DNA of 64,000 nucleotides, taken from positions 33,616 to 97,615 of the forward strand of contig CAYTBN010000022.1 in the NCBI GenBank assembly GCA_964436045.1. Direction: 5' to 3'. The position numbers and the translations under genes are program-made. Below are positions 18,711 to 30,016 of this stretch, piece by piece. The DNA comes from an uncultured Rickettsiales bacterium. GTDB lineage: Bacteria; Myxococcota_A; UBA796; UBA9615; CAYRNR01. The notes under the pieces were generated by a model. That model had not been told where the DNA came from and ran no database searches. It saw only the letters and a list, made by a program, of their open reading frames with translations. Position 1 is the stretch's first letter; each line of letters opens with the position of its first letter.

Positions 18711-20273
18711 ATGGAGTCCGTGTCTTCACGAACGCTCGTATGCCACGCCGTCGCGCTTGCCGTTGGCGTGGGCATCGGACTGGGAGCGTCGGTCGCAGGC
18801 TGCAACAGCTACGACCTGCTGATCCACGACCACTTCGCCCAGGCGTCCTTCTCCAACAAGGTCGACATCCTGTGGCTGGTGGACAGCTCCAACTCGATGC
18901 ACCAGGACCAGGAGAACCTGAAGCTGAGCTTCGGGCAATTCATCAATCAGCTGGCGGAGCCGACCACGGGCGAGGAGGGCGACCAGGATCTCACCCTCGA
19001 TACCCTCTCCGACGCGGTGCTGGTGTATCAGGAGTTCCTCGGCAACCGGACCCAGTTCCTCAACTACCAGATGGGGATCACCACCACCCAGTCCCGCCCC
19101 TGCGAGCACGATCCGACGTCTTTCGCCGACTGCGAGGATTCCAAGGGCAACACTGGCCGGCTGCGGGGTCTGGGCAACACGGGGAACAACACGTCGAGTC
19201 CGCCCACGTTCCTCAAGCCCGACACCGAGACGCTGATCCCCGATTTCCAGTCGCTGGTCGACGTGGGCATCTACGGCGCCACCGAGGAGTATGGCCTGTG
19301 GGTCACCGCCCAGGTGGTCTGCGACAGCCTGGAGATGCCGGCCGACAGTGACTTCCTCGGCTGGGAAGAGGAGGCGGCCCTCGGCGGCACGGTCTACAAC
19401 GAGTGCCACGGCGAGAACTGGAACGAGAACCACCCCTGGTACGAGTTCTGCCGCTGCATGCCCCAGGAGTTCTACGACTACAACATCGACAACACCGGCG
19501 AGCGGTTCCTGCGGGACGACTCCACCTTGGTGGTCATCGTCGTGACCGACGAGGGCGACTTCACTCCGATGCTGGGCGCGACCGACTGGCCGTGGGACAT
19601 CGACGACTGCGACCTCTCCCGGTCCGGCAGTCCCTGGCCCACCGATCTGCAGGACGTGTGCGAGGGCAACCCGGCGGTCCTATGCGAGAACTACTGCAAG
19701 CTCGACCGCTTCCTGCAGTTCTTCGAGGCCCTCGACCGCCGCGTCGTGTACGCGGTCATCGGCCCGGGCGCCGAGCTGGTGACCGACCAGCAGGGCAACC
19801 GCGGGGTCGAGATCTTCTGCAACGACCAGAACTCGACGACCGCGATGATCGAGTTCTACCTGTGGGCCGCCGAGCTGACCTACGGCATGTACCAGCCGAT
19901 CAACGTCCGGGACGACAACTTCGAATGTGTGGACGCCAACTTCGACGAGGCCCTGGACGAACTCGGGAGGCTGGTCAGCAACCTGGCCAGCGGATGGCCC
20001 CTGTCCAAGGTGCCCGACGTGAACACGGTCCTGGTGTTCGTCGACGGCGTCGAGGTCCCCCCCGCGGGGTGCCTCCCGGACGACACCGACTGCGTGCCGA
20101 GTAGTTATCACCCGTCATGCTTGGACCAGCCCTCATCCGGCCTCAACGGCTGGACCTACGACGAGCTGGGCCAGGCCGTCCGGATGCACGGGGACTGCCT
20201 CCCCGACTACAACCAGGTGGTCGACGTGCTGTATCTGCCGGAGTCGGGGGCCGGACGCCCGCTGCCCTTCTGA
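18711..20273 (+). CDS. Cys-rich VWA/MIDAS lipoprotein, CglB-like adhesin
   Basis: Lipobox VAGC; KVDILWLVDSSNSM (DxSxS); VVTDEGD; C-terminal VFVDG...NGWTYD module. Confidence 0.7.
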   Translation: MESVSSRTLVCHAVALAVGVGIGLGASVAGCNSYDLLIHDHFAQASFSNKVDILWLVDSSNSMHQDQENLKLSFGQFINQLAEPTTGEEGDQDLTLDTLSDAVLVYQEFLGNRTQFLNYQMGITTTQSRPCEHDPTSFADCEDSKGNTGRLRGLGNTGNNTSSPPTFLKPDTETLIPDFQSLVDVGIYGATEEYGLWVTAQVVCDSLEMPADSDFLGWEEEAALGGTVYNECHGENWNENHPWYEFCRCMPQEFYDYNIDNTGERFLRDDSTLVVIVVTDEGDFTPMLGATDWPWDIDDCDLSRSGSPWPTDLQDVCEGNPAVLCENYCKLDRFLQFFEALDRRVVYAVIGPGAELVTDQQGNRGVEIFCNDQNSTTAMIEFYLWAAELTYGMYQPINVRDDNFECVDANFDEALDELGRLVSNLASGWPLSKVPDVNTVLVFVDGVEVPPAGCLPDDTDCVPSSYHPSCLDQPSSGLNGWTYDELGQAVRMHGDCLPDYNQVVDVLYLPESGAGRPLPF

Positions 20274-20329
20274 CCGGGGACGAACGAAGCCGACAACGAT
20301 ATCGCCAACACGAGCTGGAAGAAGTCGCC

Positions 20330-21097
20330 ATGCGCAAGACGATCCAACTGCTGAGCCTGGCCCTGGTAGCCGCCCTGGCCCTTGCACTGCCCGCCCAGGC
20401 GGCCAAGCGCAAGACCGCCAAGAAGAAGGGTGTCGAGGAGGTCGTGCGCCCCGAAGAGGTGGGGGTGCTCAAGTACGAGGACGTGGCCGTCGTACAGAAG
20501 GTGCTCTACCCCCACACGGGGCGCACCGAGGTCGGTTTCCACCTCGGCGGGCACTTCTTCGACCCCTACGCCGTCGGCGTGCTGGCCGGCTTCGACGTGA
20601 CCCACTTCTTCAAGGAGAACGTGGGGCTGCACGTCCAGATCGCCGGGGGGTACGGGGGGGGCAATCAGCACCACCAGGACCTGAACAGCGATATCATCGG
20701 CGTCAGCTACTGGCTGGGCAACGACGCTCGCCGCTTGCTCGCGGGCCTGACCGTGGCCGCCGAGATCATCCCCGCGTACGCCAAGTACAACTTCCTCGGC
20801 AAGCGGGTGTTCCACAACGATCTGTACATCCTGGTCGGCGGGTCGATCTACCTCGGGCAAGGCCTGCTGGAGAGCAGCCGCGACGCCTCCACGCTGCGGA
20901 TCGTCCCCGGCCCGATGTTCGGCATCGGCGTCCGTGTCTTCACCGGCCCCAAGCTCAACGTGTCGATCGACATCCGGGACTGCATCTCCTTCGAGGCCCG
21001 GTCGTTCAGTGGCAGCCTGGGCGTGCGCAACAACGTGCTCCTCGGTGTTCGACTGGGGGGATTCGTCGGCCAGGGCAAGAGCCCCTCGCTGGACTAG
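20330..21097 (+). CDS. Myxobacterial-type outer membrane beta-barrel (GltA/GltB-like)
   Basis: Signal peptide ending AQA; VVQKVLY...GRTEV, PAYAKYN...HNDLY motifs; amphipathic strands; adjacent to gltC. Confidence 0.75.
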   Translation: MRKTIQLLSLALVAALALALPAQAAKRKTAKKKGVEEVVRPEEVGVLKYEDVAVVQKVLYPHTGRTEVGFHLGGHFFDPYAVGVLAGFDVTHFFKENVGLHVQIAGGYGGGNQHHQDLNSDIIGVSYWLGNDARRLLAGLTVAAEIIPAYAKYNFLGKRVFHNDLYILVGGSIYLGQGLLESSRDASTLRIVPGPMFGIGVRVFTGPKLNVSIDIRDCISFEARSFSGSLGVRNNVLLGVRLGGFVGQGKSPSLD

Positions 21098-21107
21098 GAG
21101 GGAAGCG

Positions 21108-22688
21108 ATGAAGACGATCGCGATCGCGATCCCGATCCTGGCCCTCCTGGCCGTGGCCGCTTGGTCATCGTCCGCGCAGGCTCAGGTGGAAGAAGAAGCG
21201 GAGATTCTCGTCGAAGAGGAGACGATCCCTCCTCCGCCGCGAGAGCTCCTGCGGGGCATCGACCAGTACAAGAAGAAGGAGTACGGACTCGCCGCCCTGG
21301 ACCTCTGGCAGGTGGTCGACGACTCCTACTACGAGTACTACCACGGCGACGCCAGCTTCTATCTGGCGCGTTCGCTCGACATGATGGGCTACCCCTACGC
21401 CGCGCTGGACGAGTACCAGCGTTTCTTGCGGGTTGGCGGCGAGTCCGACAACTTCCACAAGGGCTTCGACCACGCGGTGGTGCTGGCGGACGAGCTGGAC
21501 GCCGGCTGGCTCCTCGCCGATGGGCTGTCCTACCACAGCTCGGACGCCTTCGGCCGCGAAGGCGGACCCCGGGCTCTGTACTGGGTCGGCAAGACCCTGT
21601 TCGAGGCCGAGCGGTTGGCCGAGGCCCGCGCCTATCTCCAGGCCGTGCCCCGTTCCAGCGAGTTCTACTCCCGCGCCAAGCTGATCGAGGGCGTGGTCCT
21701 GACCAAGCAGTACAAGCCCAAGGAGGCGATCGCACCGTTCACCATCGCCTACGAGACGGCGAAGAACGACCCCGAGCAACAGCGCGTGGCGCAGTTGGCC
21801 AACCTGAACCTGGCCCGCACCTACTACGCGATCAAGAACTTCGAGCGGGCCATCGAGCACTACAGGGCGGTACCGCGGGAATCGCTGGACTGGCACGCAG
21901 CGCGCTTCGAGATGGCCTGGGCCTTCTACATGATGGGGCGGCTCAACGACAGCCTGGCCGAACTCCAGAGCGTGACCTCGCCATTCTTCGACGAGTGGTA
22001 CATCCCGGAGCCGCGGCTGCTGCGCATCCTGGTGTACTACAACCTGTGCAAGTACGACGACGGCGCGACCATGCTCGAGGACTTCACCTCGTCCCACATG
22101 CCCGTCCAGCAGCAACTCAACGAGGCAGTCCAGGAGGGCCGGCGAGAGCCCGAACGGCTGTTCAACACGATGGTCGCCTACGTGTCGGAGGGCGAGCGCA
22201 CTGGCATCCCGTTGCCCGAGTCGGTGCTCCATCTGTGGATCCGCGACGAGAGCATCAAGCGAGCCGGGGCCTTCGTGGCAGAGGTCGACGGGGAGTTGCA
22301 GCGTCTGGAGCGGGACGCCACCGGCTTCGGTAGCAGCTCGGCGGGCTACGACATCCGCGACCGGCTGGAGCAGCGAATCTACGACATCCGCGGCTTCCAC
22401 ACCGACCGCGTGCTGGCCCGGCTCAACGGGATGAACCGGCAGCTGGTGGACTACTTGGGACAATCGGAGCTGTACAAGCTGGAGATGCTGTCGAAGAAGC
22501 GGCGGCTCCTCGAGGCCGCTGCGTCGGGCCGTGTCCAGGAGATGATCCGCATGCGACAGCGCGGCTTCCGCGAGCCCCCGGGATACGTGTCCTGGCCCTT
22601 CGAAGGTGAGTACTGGATCGACGAACTCGGCTGGTATCAGATCGACACCCTCGACGAGTGCAAGGAGATCCTGGACAGGGCGCAATAG
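21108..22688 (+). CDS. gltC: Adventurous gliding motility TPR protein GltC-like
   Basis: Signal peptide, TPRs, ARFEMAWAFY, C-terminal WPFEGEYWIDELGWY...C signature. Confidence 0.8.
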   Translation: MKTIAIAIPILALLAVAAWSSSAQAQVEEEAEILVEEETIPPPPRELLRGIDQYKKKEYGLAALDLWQVVDDSYYEYYHGDASFYLARSLDMMGYPYAALDEYQRFLRVGGESDNFHKGFDHAVVLADELDAGWLLADGLSYHSSDAFGREGGPRALYWVGKTLFEAERLAEARAYLQAVPRSSEFYSRAKLIEGVVLTKQYKPKEAIAPFTIAYETAKNDPEQQRVAQLANLNLARTYYAIKNFERAIEHYRAVPRESLDWHAARFEMAWAFYMMGRLNDSLAELQSVTSPFFDEWYIPEPRLLRILVYYNLCKYDDGATMLEDFTSSHMPVQQQLNEAVQEGRREPERLFNTMVAYVSEGERTGIPLPESVLHLWIRDESIKRAGAFVAEVDGELQRLERDATGFGSSSAGYDIRDRLEQRIYDIRGFHTDRVLARLNGMNRQLVDYLGQSELYKLEMLSKKRRLLEAAASGRVQEMIRMRQRGFREPPGYVSWPFEGEYWIDELGWYQIDTLDECKEILDRAQ

Positions 22689-22729
22689 GGTCGGTCCCGA
22701 CCGCCCCGCCCTGGCCCTTGCCCACCGCC

Positions 22730-24073
22730 GTGCCCGACTCCCCCCGCGCCCCCTCAGCCCACATCACCCGCGCCCTCCTCCTGATCCTCCTCGCCTCCCT
22801 GGCACTCAAGCTCGCCCTCGTCTGGGCTGTCCGCGACATGGGCTGCCTGGCCGACGAGTGTGACTACCTGCTGCTCGCCCAGAGGCTCGCGTTCGGCGAG
22901 GGCTTCCAGGAGATTCGCGGCTACCTGTGGCCACCTGGGTACGTGGGGTTCCTCGCTGGCTGCCTCGACCTGTTCGGACCCCACCGGTTCGTTCCGCGGC
23001 TGATCCAGGTCGGGCTGTCCACCGTCACCGTGTTCGCCGTGTTCGTCATCGCACGGCGATTCCACGGGGAGCGGACCGCCCTGCTGGCGGCCGCGCTCGT
23101 CGCTTTCTATCCGAATCTGATCGCCTTCTCCCACCTGCTGTGGTCGGAGACCCTGTACATCTTCCTGTCGATCACGGCGCTGGCCATCATCCTGCGCCGG
23201 GAACGGCTGGATTGGCGGCTGGCTGCGGCCGCCGGGGTCCTGCTGGGGCTCGCGGCGTTGGTCCGCTCGCTGGGGTTCTACGTGGCGGTGCTGGTCTTCC
23301 TGTGGATGCTCTGGCAGGCGCGGAGGGAGCCCCGCCGTGCCGCGACCGCGCTGATCCTGATGGCGACCGTGGCCCTCACCATCGCCCCGTGGACCGCCCG
23401 CAACTGGGTGCGCTACCAGCGCCTGTGCCTCATCGACGCCACCACCGGCCAGAACCTCTACCTGGGTAACAACCCGGGACGACCGGCCAGCTGGGATCAC
23501 GGCATGCCCAGGCCCAGCTACCAGGAGCCCGACTGGCGGCCGCCCTGCGGAGGGGACAACGTCATCGACCGGGATCGCTGCGAGGTCAGCGCAGCCCTCG
23601 GTTTCATCGCCGACCAACCGGGGCTGACGCTGCGGCGTATCCCCACCAAGCTGGCCGACCTGGCCAACCCCAGCTCCTTCGCAATCCGTCACGCCCGGGT
23701 CGGCAAGTACGCCGCGGTCTCGTCGCGCACCGCGATCCGCGCGCTGACCGCCATGGCCGCTGGCGCCTGGATGGCCCTGGCCGCGCTGGCGTTGTGGGGG
23801 CTGCTCCGGCGGCGGTCCCCTCCTGGGACCGGGCTGATCTGGGCCTTGCTGGGCCTCACGCTGACGATCCACGCGCTGACCTTCGGCACGAGCCGATTCC
23901 GCCTACCCCTGATCCCCCTGCTGGCGATCCCCGCCGCCGCCGCGTTGCTGCCGGCCGAAGCCGGTGATTCCGCGCACCGGATCTGGCTACGCCGCGGGGC
24001 GCTGGCCGTGGGCTGGCTGCTGCTGGCCGCCGCCTTCGCCGCACGCTGGTCGGTCGTGTTCGACGTGTTCTGA
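22730..24073 (+). CDS. GT-C fold membrane glycosyltransferase (ArnT/PMT-like)
   Basis: ADE, WPPGY, LWSETL, PWTARN, GNNP, SRFRLP; many TM helices; start uncertain. Confidence 0.85.
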   Translation: MPDSPRAPSAHITRALLLILLASLALKLALVWAVRDMGCLADECDYLLLAQRLAFGEGFQEIRGYLWPPGYVGFLAGCLDLFGPHRFVPRLIQVGLSTVTVFAVFVIARRFHGERTALLAAALVAFYPNLIAFSHLLWSETLYIFLSITALAIILRRERLDWRLAAAAGVLLGLAALVRSLGFYVAVLVFLWMLWQARREPRRAATALILMATVALTIAPWTARNWVRYQRLCLIDATTGQNLYLGNNPGRPASWDHGMPRPSYQEPDWRPPCGGDNVIDRDRCEVSAALGFIADQPGLTLRRIPTKLADLANPSSFAIRHARVGKYAAVSSRTAIRALTAMAAGAWMALAALALWGLLRRRSPPGTGLIWALLGLTLTIHALTFGTSRFRLPLIPLLAIPAAAALLPAEAGDSAHRIWLRRGALAVGWLLLAAAFAARWSVVFDVF

Positions 24074-24089
24074 GAGGCTGTGGGGGGGG

Positions 24090-26633
24090 TCAGCGGCCGC
24101 TGGGGACGAGGGTCAACTCCACGTGCCGGCCCAGGGTCAGGCGCCGTTGCGCCGCACCCTGGATGTCGTCGGCCGTGACCGAGAGGATGCGGTCCGGGTA
24201 ATCGTGCAAGGCGTCGTGGCCGATGCCGTACAGCTCGTCGAACAGGATCCTCGTGGCCACCGCGCCCCCCCGCTGCAAGCCGATCTCGAAGGCCCCGGCC
24301 AGATAGCGCGCCGCGCGGTCGATCTCCTCGTCGGGGACCCGCTCCTCGCAGATACGTTCCAGGTGGTGGTGCATGCCAGCCCGCGCCTGGCGCAGCTTGC
24401 TCTTCTCGGTGCCGATGTAGACCGCGAAGAACCCGGGATCCACCGCCTCCTGGCTCCAGGCGGTGACCGAGTACGCCAGCCCCTGCCGATCCCGCAGGTC
24501 GAGGAACAGGCGGCCGGACTGGCCACCCAGGATCGCCGCGATCATCTCGAGGGCGTGGCGGTCGTCGTCGGTCACCCGGGCGCCAGGGAAGCCCAGCAGC
24601 AGGTGCGCCTGCTCCTTGTCCACCGACACCCGCTTGCCACGGACGCCATCCAGGGGCGCCTCGTCCACGATGGTGGGCGCAAGGGCGTCGCCAGCTGGCA
24701 GGCAACCCAGGATCCGCTCCAGCCGGCCCATCATGGTCTCGCCGTCGAAGTCCCCGACCGCGACGCCGACCATGTTGGCCCCCCGCAAGCCGCGCCGGTA
24801 CGCCGCGCGCAACATGCCCGGGGTCAGGCGGGCGACCGACCGCTCGGTGCCGATCATCGGTAACCGGAAGGGGTGGGTGCGGTAAAGGGCTCGATGGAAG
24901 TGGAGGAATGCCTGTGAGATCGGGCTGTCCGGGATGTTGCGGATGGCCTCCTGGGTCAGGGCGCGCATCCGATCCACCTCGGCGGGATCGAGGGCGGGTT
25001 CGAGCAGGACCTCGCGGAACAGATCGAGCCCCCGGTCGAGCCCCGTGGACAGGAAGGTGGCGCTCATCCCGAAGCTGTTTCGCCCGGAGAACGCCGAACA
25101 GCGGCCGGCGATCTCCTCCATCGCCTCGGCGATCTCCAGAGCCGTCCGGCGGCGGGTGCCCCGCGGCCAGGCGCGGGCCAGCAGGTTGTGCACGCCGTTG
25201 TTGCGCGGGACCTCGAACCGCAGGCCGCCGTGCATCCCCGCGCGCACCGAGACGACGCCGCTGCCCGGGGTCTCCCGGACCAGCAGGGTCGCGCCGTTGG
25301 GCAGCACACGGCGCTCCGTGCTGGGACCCTCGGACCGTCCGCCGGGGATCGAGTGTGGTGCCAGGGCCGCCTCGATGGAGGCTCGCAATGCCGGACCGGG
25401 GTCGTCCCCTTCGGTCGGCACGAGCGCTGCCACGGTGGCGCGGCTGGCGCGCAACGTGCGCTCTGCGAAGCGACGGATCCGCTCCGGGGTGACGGCGGCC
25501 ACACCCGCGTAGTAGGCGGCCTCCGCCTCGGGGTCGGCGAACAGCGCGTCGAAGTAGCCGAGCTTGCGAGCGATCCCCTCGACCGTCTCTCGCTCGTAGA
25601 TCCGGTCGCTGAGGATGTTGGCCACCGCGCGGCGGATTTCCTCGGAGCTGACGCCGTCCTGTATCAGTCCCCGGAGCAACGATGCGGTCGCCTCGACCGC
25701 GTCGAGCAACTGGTCGGGCGGACAGGACAGCCCCACCAGGAACAGCCCCGGATCACAAGGGGTGTACGAGAACGCCTGGACGTGGTTGGCCAGCCGCCGA
25801 CGTAGCCGGATCTCCTGGTTCAGCCGGCTGCTCTCCCCTTGACCCAGGATGACCGCAAAAACGTCTGCCGTGGCGATATCCGGGTCCGTCACCACGGGCA
25901 GCGGGAACGCCACCTCGAACCGGGATTCCTTGACCGGCTCGCGCAGGACCTGGATTCGCAGCTCGTCCGGCTCCGGTTCGACGGTGCGCCGACGCTCCGG
26001 AGGGGTGGCGTCGGCGACTCCCCCCATGCGCCGCTCCACCGCGGCGACCGCCTCGTCGGCGTCCACGTCACCGACGATGACCAGGGTCACGTTGGAGGGC
26101 CGATACCAGCGGTTGTGGAAGTCGCGCAGCAGCTCTCCGGAGAACGCGGTCACACTCTCCACCGTGCCGATCACCGGCTTGCCGTAGGGGTGGACCCGGT
26201 ACATCTCGGCGAAGAGCGCCTTGCCCAGCTTGGACGAAGGGTCGTCTTCGCCCCGCCGGATCTCCTCCAGCAGGACCTGCTTCTCCCGCTCGAACTCGGC
26301 GGCGTCGAGGGCGGGTCCGAAGATCGCGTCGTGTACGACGTCCAGCCCGCGGTCGAAGAAGCGGCTGGGCAGCACACAGTGGAACACCGTGTGGTCGAAG
26401 CTGGTGTAGGCGTTCAGTTCGCCGCCACAGCCCTCGATGGAACGGGCGATATCCCCCACCCCGCCCGCCTCGGTGCCCTTGAACAGCATGTGCTCCAGAG
26501 CATGGCTGAGGCCCGCCTCCTCGGCGGTCTCGTCCGCGCTGCCCACCTGCACCCAGGCCTGGAAGGTGACCACTGGCGACCGCCGGACCTCTTCGACGAA
26601 CAACCGCAACCCGTTCGACAGCGTTCTGGGCAC
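24090..26633 (-). CDS. M16 family zinc peptidase (two-module, pitrilysin/PqqL-like)
   Basis: GLSHALEHMLFKGT, NAYTSFDHT; second module lacks HxxEH; LRDRQGLAY. Confidence 0.93.
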   Translation of the reverse strand: MPRTLSNGLRLFVEEVRRSPVVTFQAWVQVGSADETAEEAGLSHALEHMLFKGTEAGGVGDIARSIEGCGGELNAYTSFDHTVFHCVLPSRFFDRGLDVVHDAIFGPALDAAEFEREKQVLLEEIRRGEDDPSSKLGKALFAEMYRVHPYGKPVIGTVESVTAFSGELLRDFHNRWYRPSNVTLVIVGDVDADEAVAAVERRMGGVADATPPERRRTVEPEPDELRIQVLREPVKESRFEVAFPLPVVTDPDIATADVFAVILGQGESSRLNQEIRLRRRLANHVQAFSYTPCDPGLFLVGLSCPPDQLLDAVEATASLLRGLIQDGVSSEEIRRAVANILSDRIYERETVEGIARKLGYFDALFADPEAEAAYYAGVAAVTPERIRRFAERTLRASRATVAALVPTEGDDPGPALRASIEAALAPHSIPGGRSEGPSTERRVLPNGATLLVRETPGSGVVSVRAGMHGGLRFEVPRNNGVHNLLARAWPRGTRRRTALEIAEAMEEIAGRCSAFSGRNSFGMSATFLSTGLDRGLDLFREVLLEPALDPAEVDRMRALTQEAIRNIPDSPISQAFLHFHRALYRTHPFRLPMIGTERSVARLTPGMLRAAYRRGLRGANMVGVAVGDFDGETMMGRLERILGCLPAGDALAPTIVDEAPLDGVRGKRVSVDKEQAHLLLGFPGARVTDDDRHALEMIAAILGGQSGRLFLDLRDRQGLAYSVTAWSQEAVDPGFFAVYIGTEKSKLRQARAGMHHHLERICEERVPDEEIDRAARYLAGAFEIGLQRGGAVATRILFDELYGIGHDALHDYPDRILSVTADDIQGAAQRRLTLGRHVELTLVPSGR

Positions 26634-26652
26634 CGCACCACTCCTCGCGGGA

Positions 26653-28482
26653 TCACCGCATCTGCTCGATCTGCTCCATCTGGCGGTCGATGGCGACCAC
26701 GCTCTCCGCGTCTCCGAGTTCCACGGCGATCAGCCTGGCTTCCGCGAGGGCGGCCAACGCCCCCTCCAGGTCCCCTCGGCCGAGCAACGGAATCGCCATG
26801 TTGTATCGCGTTTGCCCCTCGTGCAACCGATCGCCGAGGGTCACCCATGACGACAGCGCCTCGTCCAGGGCCGCCATCGACTCGTCGAAACGATCCACCC
26901 GCGCCCGGGCGACCCCGACCGCGTCGAGCGCCCGGGCCTGCGCAAACAGCTCACCCTCACCCTCCGCCGCCTCCCCGGCCACGTGTGCGTACGCTTCCTC
27001 GACCTCGTCGGGGCGGCCCAGTTCGGCGGTGACGACCACCAGCTCCAGCAAGGTGTCATAGCGGTCCTCGGCCGCCCCCACCTGGCCGTACCCGTCCGCC
27101 GCACGTCGCAGGGCATCGGCGGACTCGTCGAACCGCCCCAGCTCCTGGTAGGCGGCGCCCAGGTTGTACAGGGTGTTGGCCGCCTCGAGGGAGATGCCAT
27201 CGAGCATCCGCGCCGACAGGGCTTGCCGGAGGGGGGGAATCGCCGCCAGCGGCCGCCCCACCTCGATCAGCAGAACGCCGGTGTTGTTGGCGCAGGTGCC
27301 CGCGTTCTCCGGCTCGGCCACCGCCTCGTACAGGCGTCTGGACAGGGCGTAGGACGCCAGCGCGGCGTCCCTCCGTTCGGTCTGGTGCAGCAGCCAGCCC
27401 AGACTGTAGCGCAGGTCCGCACGCTGGGCGATCCGGCCCAGCGCCGGGGCCATCATCAGCGCGGCGTCCGGCAGGTCCAGGGCGTCCGGGTCGAGGGCAT
27501 CGACCCGGGACGACACGTCCAGCAACACCTCCGCGGCGGCGGCCGGCTCCTCCGCCTCGTCCAGCGCGGCCGCGAGCGCGAGGCCGTGGTCCAGCCGATC
27601 GGGCCAGATCTCGACGGCCCATCTCAGCAAGGTCAGCTGGCGCTCCCGCATCCCGGCCCGGGCGGCCAGCCGCGCCAGCCGCGGAAGCTCCGACGCCCCC
27701 GCCGGGTGGAAGGCCTGGGCCCTGCGGAGGAGCAGGCGGCCGGCCTCGTCCTCGCCCGCGAGACGCCGGGCGATCCCCTCGAGTTCGATCAGCGCCGGAT
27801 CCAGCGGGTACACCTCGGTCCGAGCCTGGATGGCGGCCACCGTCGAGGGGCCTGGCTCCATCAACACGGAGATCCGCAGGCTGTCCAAGACGTCGGGGGG
27901 ACAGACCATCCAGCGACTGGGATGGCCGTCCGGGCGCTGTTCGGCGAGGCCGAAATCAGCGTGAATCGCCCCGCGCAACTCGACGACGTCGCGGCCGTCG
28001 AGCTCGCTCTCGGTGGCATTCCAGGACAGCAGCGCCGCGCCCTCGCGGGCGGGCAACAGCTGGACACTGGCGCGGTCGTCAGCCAGCTCGGCGGCGGGGG
28101 CCTGCGCCAGCAAGACGAAGGGTATCCGCCGGGTCCACGCGCGCGCCTGCCAGTCCCCGGGGGCCGCGGGTGGGTCGCCCTCGTCGCTGGGCGAGAGGTC
28201 CACCGACTCGAGCACTCGCAGGGGCAGGACGCTCAGGTGCCGGGCCAGGGAGCGGGCGTAGGCGGTCGAGCCCTCGTCGGCGGGTACCACCACCGCCCGC
28301 TGCCCCTCGATCCCCAGCGCGGCCAGCGGCGGCGGCTGGGTGACGGTGGACGCAGCTCGGCGGTGCCCGCAGCCGCAGGCCAGCGACAGCACGCCGATCA
28401 GCGCCAGCGCCAGCGCCAGCCAGCGCCGGTACCTGCCGGACGTCGCTTTGTTCGTTTTCGTGGGTCCTCCGGGTCGGTCCAT
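26653..28482 (-). CDS. TPR-repeat protein, probable lipoprotein
   Basis: Signal peptide ending LACGC; TPRs such as EAANTLYNLG and EGQTRYNMA. Confidence 0.7.
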   Translation of the reverse strand: MDRPGGPTKTNKATSGRYRRWLALALALIGVLSLACGCGHRRAASTVTQPPPLAALGIEGQRAVVVPADEGSTAYARSLARHLSVLPLRVLESVDLSPSDEGDPPAAPGDWQARAWTRRIPFVLLAQAPAAELADDRASVQLLPAREGAALLSWNATESELDGRDVVELRGAIHADFGLAEQRPDGHPSRWMVCPPDVLDSLRISVLMEPGPSTVAAIQARTEVYPLDPALIELEGIARRLAGEDEAGRLLLRRAQAFHPAGASELPRLARLAARAGMRERQLTLLRWAVEIWPDRLDHGLALAAALDEAEEPAAAAEVLLDVSSRVDALDPDALDLPDAALMMAPALGRIAQRADLRYSLGWLLHQTERRDAALASYALSRRLYEAVAEPENAGTCANNTGVLLIEVGRPLAAIPPLRQALSARMLDGISLEAANTLYNLGAAYQELGRFDESADALRRAADGYGQVGAAEDRYDTLLELVVVTAELGRPDEVEEAYAHVAGEAAEGEGELFAQARALDAVGVARARVDRFDESMAALDEALSSWVTLGDRLHEGQTRYNMAIPLLGRGDLEGALAALAEARLIAVELGDAESVVAIDRQMEQIEQMR

Positions 28483-28687
28483 GGTTCGCTCGCGGATTCG
28501 CTGGCGCTCTGCGCCTTCCGACCCCCGGCACACCCCCCGAATTCCACCGTCGTTCCATCCTACCCCAGCCGCGCGACGGCGACCCGCGGCGGCCGTGGCA
28601 CAGCGACGGTGCCAGACCGCGGCAAGAAGTCGCGGAACCGTCCGGGATCGTTGATGAAATCCGACCACAATTCGGCGGCGGGTCACC

Positions 28688-28716
28688 TTGTACACCACCC
28701 CCCAAGATGCTAGGCT
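28688..28716 (+). promoter_or_regulatory. Putative sigma70 promoter of grpE-dnaK-dnaJ
   Basis: TTGTAC-N17-TAGGCT with extended -10 TG. Confidence 0.5.
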
Positions 28717-28759
28717 ACGCGGACGCCTGGCCCGGGGGCTCCTTGAAGCGAGCGCGACC

Positions 28760-30013
<1,254 letters not shown>

Positions 30014-30016
30014 CGG

